This document shows positions 32,119 through 43,371 of a stretch of DNA of 64,000 bases, piece after piece. The notes under the pieces were generated by a model. It was not told the DNA's origin, did no database searches, and saw only the letters and a list, made by a program, of their open reading frames with translations. The stretch comes from Diplonema japonicum (lineage: Eukaryota; Protista; Euglenozoa: Diplonemea): contig OZ025719.1 of the NCBI GenBank assembly GCA_964019335.1, forward strand, positions 1 through 64,000. Direction: 5' to 3'. The stretch's first letter is position 1. Each line of letters starts with the position of its first letter. A program made the translations under genes and the position numbers.

Positions 32119-33844
32119 ATGGAAGTCGCCACACACAAGAGTCTGAAAGAAGTATACGTTGAGGAGTGCACGAAGGTAGGGTGCAAAAAAAATAGCGAGC
32201 TCATGAGAACGGTATTTTTTTTTTTTTTTTTTTTTTTTCTCGGGAAAAAAAAAAAAAAAAAAAAAAAAACCAGCTGCCTGATAGACCCGGTGACTACGAG
32301 TCTTTACAAAGGCTCGACTTGAATTTGAACTGTGTTGGGCAGAAGGGTATACAGGCACTGCTTAACGTGATAGCGTTGTCACCCAATCTCAAAGCGCTTC
32401 TTCTTGCAGATAATTTCCTTACAAATGATTCTGTGAAAGACCTCCTAAGCATCCTCTCAGGGCACCCTAGTGTGACTCACGTGGACCTCAGCAGAAACCC
32501 CATTTCGCACGTGGCAGGAAAAATGCTGTCTTCCTATGTCAGCACCCATCCACACGTGACAGACCTGCTTTTGGACGATACCCTCATCAACCCCGCCTTA
32601 GTGAAGATTATCGAGAGAAAGGCGGAGGCAAACTTTAAAAAATCCTCGCAAAGAAAAGAAGAGGTCCCAGAAAAACCAAAGGAGCTGAAGGAAGAAAGCG
32701 AAAAGAAAGAACAACGCCCAAAGGAGAACATCCCTGCCGAAGCGAAACCAAAAGAACCGGAGGTGAAAAAGGTAGAAGAGACCGGGAAGAAATCTGTCGC
32801 CGTGAAGGTTCAAGAAACAGCCGCTCAACCAGAGCCCTCAGAACAGACGGGTATTGTGCACCTTCAGAGCATCTTCAACCTTTGCGAGCAGGAACGGAGT
32901 GCGGACTTTACGCACCTTCAGGTAAGTAATTTTCTTTTTTTTGAAAAGGAAAATTTAAAAACAAAAAAAAACAAAAAAAAGTTGCTATCCGTCGTTGCAT
33001 CGCGAGTCTACCCTAACGTAACTCCTGTGTCCGCAAGGAGCAAGCCTGTGGAACAAGAGACAGCAGCTACAACATCCCCCGTCCCCGAATGTGCTGTGCC
33101 TGAGCCTGTGCCCGAACCAGCTACTGCGGATGTTCAAGAGTTGCAGGTTGCTGAAGACGACGAATGGTATGCACCTCACGACACCTTGGCACGTCACACA
33201 GGTACGGTGTGAAGCTTCTTTTCAACGCGTCGCAGCAAGACGCAGACGAGGAACAGTGGTACGGTATCCGCTCCGTGTACGCTGCAGTAGAAAAGGAGGC
33301 GGGCCAGACTCCGGAACCCTCCTCTGCGAAAAAGACCGAAAAGCAGGACTTACCAATAACACAACCTACCAGACGGCAGAGCATAATGGACCCCACCGAG
33401 ACCATCGTCCTCAAGGGGGAGGACCTGCGTCCTCTAGAAATACTGAAGGCGGTGAGCCCACCATCTGCTGTTGGTGTAATTGACTTCTTGCTGCAAAGCA
33501 AGGATTTCGTTCAAGAGGATAACGTCGCACAAAGAAAGGAGAAGGACGACAGCCCACCAGTACTGAGGAACCTGGACTTGTTGTTCGATACTGCAGCAAA
33601 GTCTCCTGAGGACATGTCGGGGCTGGACTATCTAAAGAAATCGATGTCACTGTTGCTGCGCAACGGTGGCGTATCACCCTCGGAGGAGGAAGAAGAGGAA
33701 GAGGAAGAAGAAGACACTCCCAAGCCCTCTGCTCGCACCGATTGGTATGCAATGGACCTAATCTGGACCATCGCCAACACCAACGCTTCCGGTACGGATT
33801 GGACGGCTCTTGCTTCTGTCATGTCCATCATAAACAAGGACTAG
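32119..33844 (+). CDS. Leucine-rich repeat (RNI-like) protein (introns 32212-32273, 32922-32981, 33167-33201)
   Basis: LRRs LDLNLNCVG, LLLADNFLT, VDLSRNPIS; removing the introns joins three ORF pieces in frame. Confidence 0.8.
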
Positions 33845-34137
33845 ACCCTCAAGTCATTTCCGAAGTACTTACCAGTAGGACGAAATAAAGAGGAATTAAA
33901 AGGAGGAAAGGGTGAGAGAGATAAAGTCCATCTGACCCTCCCGCAAAAAGGAGTGGCCAAGAGGGCCAGGGACCACTCCCTGTTTTTGTGTTATGTTTAT
34001 TTCTACTTCTTCTTTTCTTATTTTTATTTTTTCTCTTCTTCTTTTATTTTTATTTTTCTTTTCTTCTTCTTTTGTTATATTTTGTCCCATTTTTTAAAAC
34101 ACCTTTTCTGTGCTCGCCTTTATTCACCCGCCCAGAC

Positions 34138-35907
34138 ATGCTGCCGCTAGCGAACATGCCCCGCAAGGTGAAGGTCCTTGCCATTGTGGTCCTTATCTGG
34201 CTGGTGAGGTACCTTAAGAGAAGAGCGCGGGAGAAAGCCAAACACAAGCTTCTGTTGAAAGGCGCTCTCAAGAAGCGTGTAGAAAGGGACGAGAGGAGGA
34301 AGCAGTTCAACTTCAAGTTCGAGTTGATCCCAGACGGCCTGACCATCATCAACATGACGGTACACGAGCTGCTTGATGCGATGGAGAAGCGCACGCTCAC
34401 CAGCGAGCAAATAGTTACAGCTTACTCGGCTAGAGCCCTGCAGGCGGGGTTGGAACTTGACTGCAACGCGGAGGAGATGTACCTGGAGGCAATCGAGGAG
34501 GCCAGGAAGTGCGACGAGGAACGCAATGCAGGCACTCTGCGTGGCCCACTGCACGGGATCCCCATCTCTGTCAAGGACCAGTACCACATGGAAGGGCTTG
34601 TCTCCACGTGCGGCCTTGCATGCAGGGCGACCACCAAGCTGACGTACACGAGCGTCTTAGTCAAGGCTCTCCGAGACCAGGGTGCCATTCCATTCGTTAG
34701 GTCAAACGTACCCCAGGCTCTGATGCTGCCCGAGAGCTTCAACGCTATCTGGGGCACTGCGAAGAACCCGTACAACGTGGCACGTACGCCCGGTGGGAGC
34801 AGCGGTGGTGAAGGCGCCCTAATCGCGTGCGGTGCATCGCCTTTAGGGTTAGGTACTGATATCGGTGGGTCCATCAGGATCCCTGCTGGTTTCTGTGGTG
34901 TCGTAGGCTTCAAGCCCACCGCGCAGCGCGTGTCATCGCACGGCGTGGGCGTGCCTCGCCCTGGCGACTCGTCCGGTCAGAACGCAGTCTTTGGTAACGC
35001 AGGCCCCCTCGCAAGGTCCGTCGATGACGTGGAGTTAGTTATGCGCCTGTGGTGCACACCTGCTGTGTGGTCCGCAGACCCCGCGATGGCCCCCATGCCG
35101 TGGGACGCCCCAGCTGCCATGCCCAGGAAGTCTATGACGTTCGGTGTCCTGTTCTACGACGGGTTCTTCAAGCCCGCACCCTCCTACACCAGGGCGCTCA
35201 ACCTCGTTGTCGAGGGTCTTAAGAAGGAAGGTCACGAGGTGAAACCGATCACTTTCGACTTGTCGCGACATGCGGAACTATACCTCGGGCTGATGGGTGC
35301 GGAGGGTGGAATGCAGGGGTTTGTCGACGGGCTTGAGGGCGAAGAGCTACACGAGAACTATTCGTTCGTGCACATGGTGGCTTCGCTGCCGAGCGCAGTG
35401 AGGTCGGTGTTGCAGCTGTTCAGCAGCAGGAGGGAGAAGAGACTGCTCGAGGCTGGGAAGACTAAGACGACGTATGAGTTCTGGGAATGGATCAAGATGA
35501 GGGACAACCTCCGTACTAGCTACATGCAGTATCTCAAAGAAGAGGGAATAGAAGCGGTGTTGTGTCCGGGTGTTGGGCTGCCTGCATTGAACCATGGTGC
35601 CTCCAGCAAGCTTTCAATGAGCTGCAGCTACACATTCCTCTGGAACAACTTCCACTTCCCTGCTGGGTCCGTTCCTGTCACCCATGTCCAGGACACGGAG
35701 ACGACCTACCCTGTCACTTACAAGGACAATCTGGACACCGCTGCTGCCAGTGACCTCAAGAACGCCACCGGCCTACCCATCAATGTGCAGGTTGTCTCCC
35801 TCCCTTACAGAGACGAGACTTGCATTGCTGCCATGAAGGTGGTCGAAAGGGTCGCTCGTCAGCATTGGACCCCCCCGACATTCAAGCCCTCCACCTCTCG
35901 TCTCTAG
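34138..35907 (+). CDS. Amidase-signature enzyme (fatty acid amide hydrolase-like)
   Basis: GPLHGIPISVKD, PGGSSGGEG and GTDIGGSIRIP motifs; N-terminal membrane anchor. Confidence 0.93.
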   Translation: MLPLANMPRKVKVLAIVVLIWLVRYLKRRAREKAKHKLLLKGALKKRVERDERRKQFNFKFELIPDGLTIINMTVHELLDAMEKRTLTSEQIVTAYSARALQAGLELDCNAEEMYLEAIEEARKCDEERNAGTLRGPLHGIPISVKDQYHMEGLVSTCGLACRATTKLTYTSVLVKALRDQGAIPFVRSNVPQALMLPESFNAIWGTAKNPYNVARTPGGSSGGEGALIACGASPLGLGTDIGGSIRIPAGFCGVVGFKPTAQRVSSHGVGVPRPGDSSGQNAVFGNAGPLARSVDDVELVMRLWCTPAVWSADPAMAPMPWDAPAAMPRKSMTFGVLFYDGFFKPAPSYTRALNLVVEGLKKEGHEVKPITFDLSRHAELYLGLMGAEGGMQGFVDGLEGEELHENYSFVHMVASLPSAVRSVLQLFSSRREKRLLEAGKTKTTYEFWEWIKMRDNLRTSYMQYLKEEGIEAVLCPGVGLPALNHGASSKLSMSCSYTFLWNNFHFPAGSVPVTHVQDTETTYPVTYKDNLDTAAASDLKNATGLPINVQVVSLPYRDETCIAAMKVVERVARQHWTPPTFKPSTSRL

Positions 35908-36868
35908 TGCTCTTTGTCACCCACACCAATTTGCTTTGTTTTCTGTGAGTCTCTCGCGTACCTTGTTTTATTCATAACTGTAAGTAGTAAGCCTACTTCT
36001 CACTCAGGCTGGTTTCGCAACAAGTGAAAATCTACTTGAAAATTAAAAAAAAATGATTTTAAAAAAAAGGTGTAAGCACCGCAGCTCTATATTTGAGGCA
36101 CTTCCCGATGCATCGTCTATTGGCACTTTGGTTATTGGTTTTAAACTTGATGAGCCTGCTGGCGTGGCCAATTGAAGGCGATTGTGAGGAGCGGTGCGTT
36201 TATTGATCGAGGAGGGCACCCATCGACGGGTATTTGTGGAGATATATGTGTACCAGCCGACACATGGAAAGGCCCTCGCGGTGAACGGTGCATTGGCTGC
36301 AGGTAGACGTGGAGGTGGAGAACGTGCCTTCCAACGGTGTGGTGGAATCGGAGCTTTTCGCATCGATAACTGCCCTGCCGAAGGTACGAGGGTGACTGTG
36401 ACCTCGTCCACGGGGCTTGTGAGAGTAACACCAGCACGACTCGTACTAGTTCAGACTCAGGCAGTACTGGTGTCGTGCTGAGAGTACTGGGCAAATGAGT
36501 GTACTCTGACACCTACAAAAAAAACTAGTTGACACTTTAATCTTTCTTCTTCTTCACTTGACTTCAATGATCTTATTGGGCATACCAGCATCATCCCTCT
36601 CCCTTCCCCCGCCATTTCTTTTTTTTCTTTCCTTGCTCCTTCCACTTCTTCGCTCTCTTATCTTTATTTTTCTACACAAAGGAGGTTGAAATACAGCAAA
36701 CTTTTTACCGTAAGTGTGCTGTGGGGGAGTTTTTTTGGAGGAAAAAAAAAAAAAAAAAAAAACCTACCCCATCTTTTCCCTCTTTTTTTTTGTATTTTCT
36801 TCTTTTCAATGCCAACCAAAATTAAACAAAGTAGCAAAAGTTTAAAAAAAAAAGGGGGGGGCTGCCCC

Positions 36869-37645
36869 ATGCCCGTATCAGGAGAAGTTCTGTTGTTGAA
36901 GAGCTTGGAGCAAATGCACTTTACAGAAAGGCAGCGAATAGCAAGGAGAAACAGGGTACTTAGAAGGGAGATAGCAAAAGCGAAGGGTGACGGGTTGGAA
37001 CTAGAGAGAAGGGTGAAGTGGTACAAAGGACTTTCTCAGTGGATGCCTGCTGGGAGCGGCGGGCTGTTAAGGGCAAGAGGACAGCTTTTGGGACAAACCA
37101 GCGAGCAGCCGCGGCGAATGTTGAGGCTGAAAACCGGGATGGACCTGACACAACCGAAGGAACCGAACCAGCAAATTATACAGGAACTGAAAGGTACAAA
37201 GGGGAGACAACTTTCACAAGAAGAGATGGCAAAGCTTACCGAAAGGCTTGCTATCTACTATCCAAGCAGACGTCAGCTATCGTTAGAAACCCTTATAGAA
37301 AAGTACGAAGGGAAGAGTACGCCCGCAGTTCCTCTTTCTCCTACTTCAATAGACGAGATTATCTCGAGGCTCACTGAGCCCCTCCTTCGGAAGGAGCCTC
37401 CATGTGAGGCTCCTGTCACCCTACCTGACCATGCCTTAGTGGAGACTAGTGTGAGGCTATCCTCGTTGGAGCCACGCAAGCATGCCAGGGAATCTCTCGA
37501 GACCACCCTGCTTGAAGAACGACGGAAGAATGGGTACCTCAAGAACTCGCATAAATCCCTTCCTAAGCAGGTGATAGAGGAACATGTGTCGAGGCTGGCC
37601 AAGGCAAAGGATTGCAGGGTGCTCTGCCCCAGGGCAGATTTATAA
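36869..37645 (+). CDS. Hypothetical basic protein
   Basis: Open frame of about 258 aa with coding-like composition between homopolymer tracts. Confidence 0.6.
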   Translation: MPVSGEVLLLKSLEQMHFTERQRIARRNRVLRREIAKAKGDGLELERRVKWYKGLSQWMPAGSGGLLRARGQLLGQTSEQPRRMLRLKTGMDLTQPKEPNQQIIQELKGTKGRQLSQEEMAKLTERLAIYYPSRRQLSLETLIEKYEGKSTPAVPLSPTSIDEIISRLTEPLLRKEPPCEAPVTLPDHALVETSVRLSSLEPRKHARESLETTLLEERRKNGYLKNSHKSLPKQVIEEHVSRLAKAKDCRVLCPRADL

Positions 37646-37654
37646 GGAGGGAGT

Positions 37655-37691
<37 letters not shown>

Positions 37692-37755
37692 CCATTTACA
37701 TGGATTTTGAGGTTTTCTTCATTTTTTTTTTTTTTTCCTTTCATTTTCATTTTGC

Positions 37756-37786
<31 letters not shown>

Positions 37787-37799
37787 AGAGAGAAAAAAA

Positions 37800-38148
37800 A
37801 TGGCCCCCGTGCTTCACCTTGGTAGAGCTGGCATTCACAGCCACAAGTTTCTCGGCATCAACTGGCTGAAGAGGTTCAAAACCTCGTTCGGGTGGGGCAA
37901 CCCCGGAGGTCTTTCCCAGTACAAAACCATCAGGATCACCCACGCCCCCAGGGCGGCTCTTAGGGTATGCAAAAACGAGTGATGGAGGATATAAAAAAAA
38001 AACTTATTTTTTTAAACAGGAAGTTGCTTTGTTCATGCCTTTCATCGCAGGTTTGTTCTACCTCATGGTGCAGCCGACCAAGCAGGGCATGATCGGTTAC
38101 GGGACTTGGCCCGGTGAGTGGGAAGCCGTGAAGTCTATCATGGGATGA
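37800..38148 (+). CDS. Small (97 aa) single-TM protein, spliced (intron 37965-38019)
   Basis: MAPVLHLG...RAALR joined to EVALFMPFIAGLFYLMVQP...KSIMG* across a GTATG..ACAG intron. Confidence 0.7.
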
Positions 38149-38422
38149 AAAAAAAAAAAGAAAATTATATTTAAAAAAAATGAGCGAAAGGAGAGACAAA
38201 TGAGTAGTGAGTGATCCGTATCCCCTATCACAGTTTTTTTTTTTTTTTTCGTTTTTTTTTTTCTGGGTTTCTTTTTTTCTTTTCCTTCCCCCCAGGGTTT
38301 TTTTTATACTTTCCGACCCCCCCCCCCCCCTCCTCCAGCCCAACAGTGTTATTTTTTTTTGTCTGTTTTTTTTTTTCTTTCTTTTTTTTCCCTCCCCCGA
38401 TTGTATACAAGCAATATCGTTC

Positions 38423-38503
<81 letters not shown>

Positions 38504-38554
38504 AAAAATAAAATAAGGAGGTTGGAGGGCGGCGGAAGGAGAAAGAGGAAAACA

Positions 38555-39736
38555 ATGATGCCTCTGCCCATGATACTGGTGTCGGCAGCAACGGCGGCTA
38601 CCCAATGGTGCAACTTGACAAAGTCGAGTATAAAAGAAGTCCCACTATCAGAATGGCGTGCGGCCACCGTGCTGGACATACGATGCGTGCCCGACACAAG
38701 CTGCGAAGGCTTGGAGTCATGGCAGGTAGCGGGGATGGGCGAGAACTGCGGGGGCTGGCGTGGGTGCTTCAGCTACGCGGGCCCCGTCGTTTTAAAGGAA
38801 GTTACAGGACAGTGCTTGCGCTCTATACCGGGCATCGCGTTGTTCTTCCTTTCAGCAGAGCAAATCGGGAGCATCCCACCCAAATCATTTGCAAACCTCC
38901 CCTTAACAAGTTTGACTGCTTTACCCATCCAAGCGTGCCGAGGGCTTGTTCTGCCTCAATTCCAATTCATAAACTGCAGTGGTTTAGAACCCGGTTGTTT
39001 TCGCCGTCTTGCCAACCCTGTTCTGCACGGTCTTGGTGCGCATTGCATGGAAAGCTTGCAACCGGAAGTGTTCTATGACATGCCTGTGGATGTGTTCTTG
39101 GACATACCTGTTGAGTCGCTTGTGTTGACACCCTCGCAGGTTGGCCTTTTATCAAGCGTGTGTGCTGTTCTGAACGCCACGCATCTCGACAACTTCAACA
39201 AGCAGGGTTTGTGTAGTTCCTTTCGAGGGCGTTGCCTTGAATTGATACCAGCGGGGGTGCTGCGGGAGATGCCATTAGTGTGTCTTGAACAGGTGTCGAA
39301 TACCTCGTTTGCTAAGCTGACAGGCGTGCAGGTGGCAGCGTTGACACCGCAGCAGTTTCATGTGTTGTCACCTTCGCAGTTGGAATCCCTCACCTTCTCC
39401 GCCTGTTCGGCTGTCACGGCTGAACAGCTGGCGTCGAACCCGTACGCGTGTACACGCCTTCCTCTATCTTGTCGCTCGCTTTGCGAGACGGATATTGCGG
39501 TGCTTGCGGCTTCGGTGGTAGCCACACCTCAGCACATGCATTCCGTGCCCGTGTTTAGGTACGTTGTTGTGTTTGCTCTTCTCGTGGGGTTGATCTCGTT
39601 CTTGTACACGCGGGTGTACGGGAAGGATGGAAGGGAGGACTCCAAGGATGCTACTTATGCAGCGTTGCCGGAGGAGACGCGGTTGCTTGACCGCGAGGGG
39701 CCGCGGCACCCTGGGTATGGGTTGAAACAGGCATGA
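38555..39736 (+). CDS. Cys-rich type I membrane/surface protein with short degenerate repeats
   Basis: Signal peptide, repeats like LTPQQFHVLSPSQLESLT, and a C-terminal TM helix. Confidence 0.75.
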   Translation: MMPLPMILVSAATAATQWCNLTKSSIKEVPLSEWRAATVLDIRCVPDTSCEGLESWQVAGMGENCGGWRGCFSYAGPVVLKEVTGQCLRSIPGIALFFLSAEQIGSIPPKSFANLPLTSLTALPIQACRGLVLPQFQFINCSGLEPGCFRRLANPVLHGLGAHCMESLQPEVFYDMPVDVFLDIPVESLVLTPSQVGLLSSVCAVLNATHLDNFNKQGLCSSFRGRCLELIPAGVLREMPLVCLEQVSNTSFAKLTGVQVAALTPQQFHVLSPSQLESLTFSACSAVTAEQLASNPYACTRLPLSCRSLCETDIAVLAASVVATPQHMHSVPVFRYVVVFALLVGLISFLYTRVYGKDGREDSKDATYAALPEETRLLDREGPRHPGYGLKQA

Positions 39737-39739
39737 TTT

Positions 39740-39771
<32 letters not shown>

Positions 39772-40182
39772 TGCTCGTGCGAAACAATGGGGGAGCAGAG
39801 GAAAAAAAAAAAAAGAAATCACACAATATGTAATAATTCTTTTCAGAGAAGTTTTTTTTTGGGGGGGAGAAAAAAAAGAGAGGGTTGGGGGAGAGGGGGG
39901 GTGAATTGTAATCGATATGTAGTTTGGTGGTTCAGGAGGACGCTTTTTTTTAATAAGAAAAAGAGGGCCAATTTGAGCGATCAGCAAAGGAAAAAAAAAG
40001 AAGAAAAAAAAAAAGAAAAACCGGTACAACATGCGTTTTCTTTTTTAAAGGAAGCTACACCCTTCTTTTTTTTTTTTGTGTGCCAGTTGTGTCTTCTCGC
40101 GGTTCGCGGATCAAAAAAAAGAAAATAAAATAAAGCAGGGTTTAAGTGGTTGTTGTTCTCGCTCCTATTGTTTCCCCCCTCT

Positions 40183-40250
<68 letters not shown>

Positions 40251-40311
40251 CAAAAACTCTCCAGAGGGCGGGGGAGGGAGGCGGTGTGGGTCGCACAAAA
40301 AAGAAAAAGAA

Positions 40312-41415
40312 ATGCAACAAATCACCGCGAAAGAAAACGAAGGGTACATCTTTTCTAGAACGCTAGATAACAAGGCGATTGTCCTCCCGATTGGGATTGC
40401 GCTTGCTTACAGCATCTTAGAACGGTGCCTGGGCTGGGATGAGCTTCACGAGGTACCTCTTTGGGTTTATCTGATGGCTGTGGTGGCTTGCGACGTTGGC
40501 CACGTGAGCTGCTCCTTCCTCATGGCACACCAAGCCTCTTGCTCCGGTCATGGCAGAGTGTACAAAATGTTAATCCCAGTTGTCTGCCTGATCCTTCTCG
40601 TTCTGTGCCTGTCCCACGATTCGATAGCATGGATAGGTATTGGCTACGCAACGCTGGCCCATTATGTCCAGCAGCAGTATTTCTTTCTGACGGTAGCCGC
40701 AGGGCGTGCAAAGAGGCAACCCACTACATTTGAAAACATCACCCTGGCGGTAGGGAGCGCCGCCCCTATTTTAATATGGCACATGGACACGGAGAGAGGC
40801 TTCGATTGGTTCTTCAGAGACGACCCGCTTTTGGTTCAAATCCCAGAAGAACTGCTTCCACTGGTTCTGATCATCTATTGCGGGGTGGGTCTTATCTACA
40901 CAGCGAAGAGCATCGTGAAGAGGGAAACCACGACAGCTGTCAGCAAGATTATTGCAACAACCTGGCTGTCATGGGGTGTGGGTATCCTGTACCCCTCGAA
41001 GACGGCGTCGATGCTTTTTTTAACAGCACCACACGCGATAATGTCGTTTTTTTCCACGTTTTTTACGGTTCGGAACAAATGGGCCGTTGCTGGTGTGCAG
41101 GCACGGTCGGACCTGGAGGCGTTCAGTCGTTGCCTTGTTACCTCTCCAGTGTACTATCTTCTCTTCCTCCTCCTCCTGGCATTGTGCGAAGAATGTCTTT
41201 GGGAAGCACTAGTGTGGCGTGAATGGTCCACATCCCTATTCCAACATTATGAATCGTCGTCGGACCTCATTAGCGTCTACACTGCTCTGCTCTTGACACC
41301 GCAAACCCTGCACATTCTTTACGAATTCCTGTTGTGGGACGAACGGACAAACCCTGGAGTGTGTGAGGCTGTGGGTGTGCAGCACATTGCGTCACGCCAG
41401 GTTATGTTCGCTTGA
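40312..41415 (+). CDS. Polytopic membrane protein
   Basis: Many TM segments; DVGHV, HYVQQQY, IWH, FDWF, EECLWE and PQTLH motifs. Confidence 0.75.
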   Translation: MQQITAKENEGYIFSRTLDNKAIVLPIGIALAYSILERCLGWDELHEVPLWVYLMAVVACDVGHVSCSFLMAHQASCSGHGRVYKMLIPVVCLILLVLCLSHDSIAWIGIGYATLAHYVQQQYFFLTVAAGRAKRQPTTFENITLAVGSAAPILIWHMDTERGFDWFFRDDPLLVQIPEELLPLVLIIYCGVGLIYTAKSIVKRETTTAVSKIIATTWLSWGVGILYPSKTASMLFLTAPHAIMSFFSTFFTVRNKWAVAGVQARSDLEAFSRCLVTSPVYYLLFLLLLALCEECLWEALVWREWSTSLFQHYESSSDLISVYTALLLTPQTLHILYEFLLWDERTNPGVCEAVGVQHIASRQVMFA

Positions 41416-41565
41416 GAAAAAGAGGAAGAACTGGGGATTAAAAGGACAGGTACAAAGTGTATATTTTTTTTTTTTTTTTCCTTTTCTGTTCCCCCCCCCC
41501 TTTTTTTTTAAGAATACTGCGGCAGGCACAACCGTACACACCCGGGGCAAAAAAAAAAAAAGAAA

Positions 41566-42056
41566 TCATAGGTTCCGCGATTTATTAAAATTTATCGGAG
41601 AAAAAAAAAAAAAAAAAAAAAAAGAGCGATGTAACTAAATAAATTAGGATTTATCGAAGTTTATCGGATTTCGAGAAATTTCGTTTTTGACTATTTTGGG
41701 ACATCCGAGCTTATTCTAAAGCCGGATCGGGAAACCTAGAAGGGCGAGCAGCTTCTGGCTGCCATGAAGGGGTTCCTGGCCTTCCATCGTCTTTTTTCAC
41801 TTTCTTCCCCTCCCCTACATGTTTAAAACGGTGGTGCCCTACCAAAAAGAAAACAGTGGGACAAGAAAATTCAACACATTTACTATTTATCGTTCAGGGG
41901 TAAAAACCTCAAAACTGAATTCTGATAACTTCCCAAGTACTGTGGCAGATGCGACCCCATATTGGTTGAAGGACACCAAGTGTTTCCCACCTCTCTCGTA
42001 GAATTTTGTTTTGCCCCCTTCGAAATTTAGCGGAAAATAAATCGCGGAACCTGTGA
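41566..42056. mobile_element. MITE with 21-bp terminal inverted repeats
   Basis: TCATAGGTTCCGCGATTTATT (41566-41586) versus AATAAATCGCGGAACCTGTGA (42036-42056), one mismatch. Confidence 0.7.
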
Positions 42057-42276
42057 AAAAAAAAAAAGAAAATTAAAAACTCAGTATTTCTTTTTCTTTT
42101 TTTTTTTTTTTTTTTTAACTTTACATCTTACCATTCGTTCTTCTCTCATGTAACCTTTTTTTTTTTTTTCCATCCCCCCCTTTTTTTTTTACTTCTGCAA
42201 AAAGAAAAAAAGAAGAAAAAAAGAATAACTTTAACAACAACAAAAAAAAAAAAAGGAGAGTGACCGGCCGTACACA

Positions 42277-43158
42277 ATGGAGCGTGGTGTTTTACATGAA
42301 AACATTTTGAAGATCCAAAACGGGGAAGCGGAGTTGGTTGATCTGAGCCGCTTCCTTGCGAACCTGCACAGAAAAGGGACCGCAAATTATTATTTGCGCG
42401 AGACGAAGCTGATAGAAGAGTGGTGGTGCACACCTCTGTCCCTCGCTTTGTGGAAGGGGATGAATGACGTGAGCAAGCTGTTGTTGAGGCAGGACAGCGT
42501 GAGCGTCCTGAACCCAAGGAGGAAGGAAGGAACAAAAGAAGAAATCACTCCTTTGGATGACGCCAGAAACTGCAATGAAGACGTCACCATGAGTGTCAAG
42601 AGGAGAGTAAAGCTAGCAAAAGAAATGGAAGAAAAGGTGAAGGAGTTCCCTGAACCGAAAAACATGGCAGAATGGGAATCTAAACTTGAGGCAATCATGG
42701 CGAAGTCCGACAAAGGGATCGACACCTCCCGTCCTGCTGCCATAGTCCCAGGGTTGTTGCTGTGTTCTTACGAAATGCTGAGTCGAGGTGTACCCAAGGC
42801 CACGGCAATCGTTAACTGCTGCCCTTCCATGGCCAACACAGCCCCTTCGAACGCTTCTGTGGCGTATGTCCCAGTGGAGTGCGACGACGCCCCTACCTAC
42901 CCAATTATCCTGCTGGCTGAAGACGTCACCAGCGCCCTTGCCACCCACCTTGCTGTTCCTGACCCTAACGTGCTCCTCCACTGCTACGGGGGCATCAACA
43001 GGTCGGGCTTCTTTGCCGTTGCATATCTGCTTCGGAAAGGTGTCGCGCTGACAACTGCATTTGAAGATGTGTACACCAAGCGGCCTGTTGTCCTGACGAA
43101 CCCAGGCTTCAGGAGACAGTTGATCATGCTGGCTGAAAAATGGGGTGCGCTCGCGTAG
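42277..43158 (+). CDS. Dual-specificity protein phosphatase with an N-terminal ankyrin-like segment
   Basis: HCYGGINRS P-loop, AYLL, RPVVLTNPGFRRQL; TPLSLALWKGMNDVSKLLL is ankyrin-like. Confidence 0.88.
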   Translation: MERGVLHENILKIQNGEAELVDLSRFLANLHRKGTANYYLRETKLIEEWWCTPLSLALWKGMNDVSKLLLRQDSVSVLNPRRKEGTKEEITPLDDARNCNEDVTMSVKRRVKLAKEMEEKVKEFPEPKNMAEWESKLEAIMAKSDKGIDTSRPAAIVPGLLLCSYEMLSRGVPKATAIVNCCPSMANTAPSNASVAYVPVECDDAPTYPIILLAEDVTSALATHLAVPDPNVLLHCYGGINRSGFFAVAYLLRKGVALTTAFEDVYTKRPVVLTNPGFRRQLIMLAEKWGALA

Positions 43159-43227
43159 ATGGTTTCACAGCACCCTTCATGAATAAATTACCGGAAAAGT
43201 AAAGACTACTGGTAATTTTTTTTCTCT

Positions 43228-43264
<37 letters not shown>

Positions 43265-43371
43265 TTCTTTTCCGGTTAAATTAAAATTGATTTTACAGTA
43301 TTTTCTTTTCAATCTTTCACCACTTAGGAACACACACACCAAAAAGAGAAAAGAAAAAAAAAAAAAAAAAA

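Noticed and set aside
36150-36500. GC-rich 95-aa ORF
   Set aside because: No in-frame ATG start and no motif; cannot be supported as a gene
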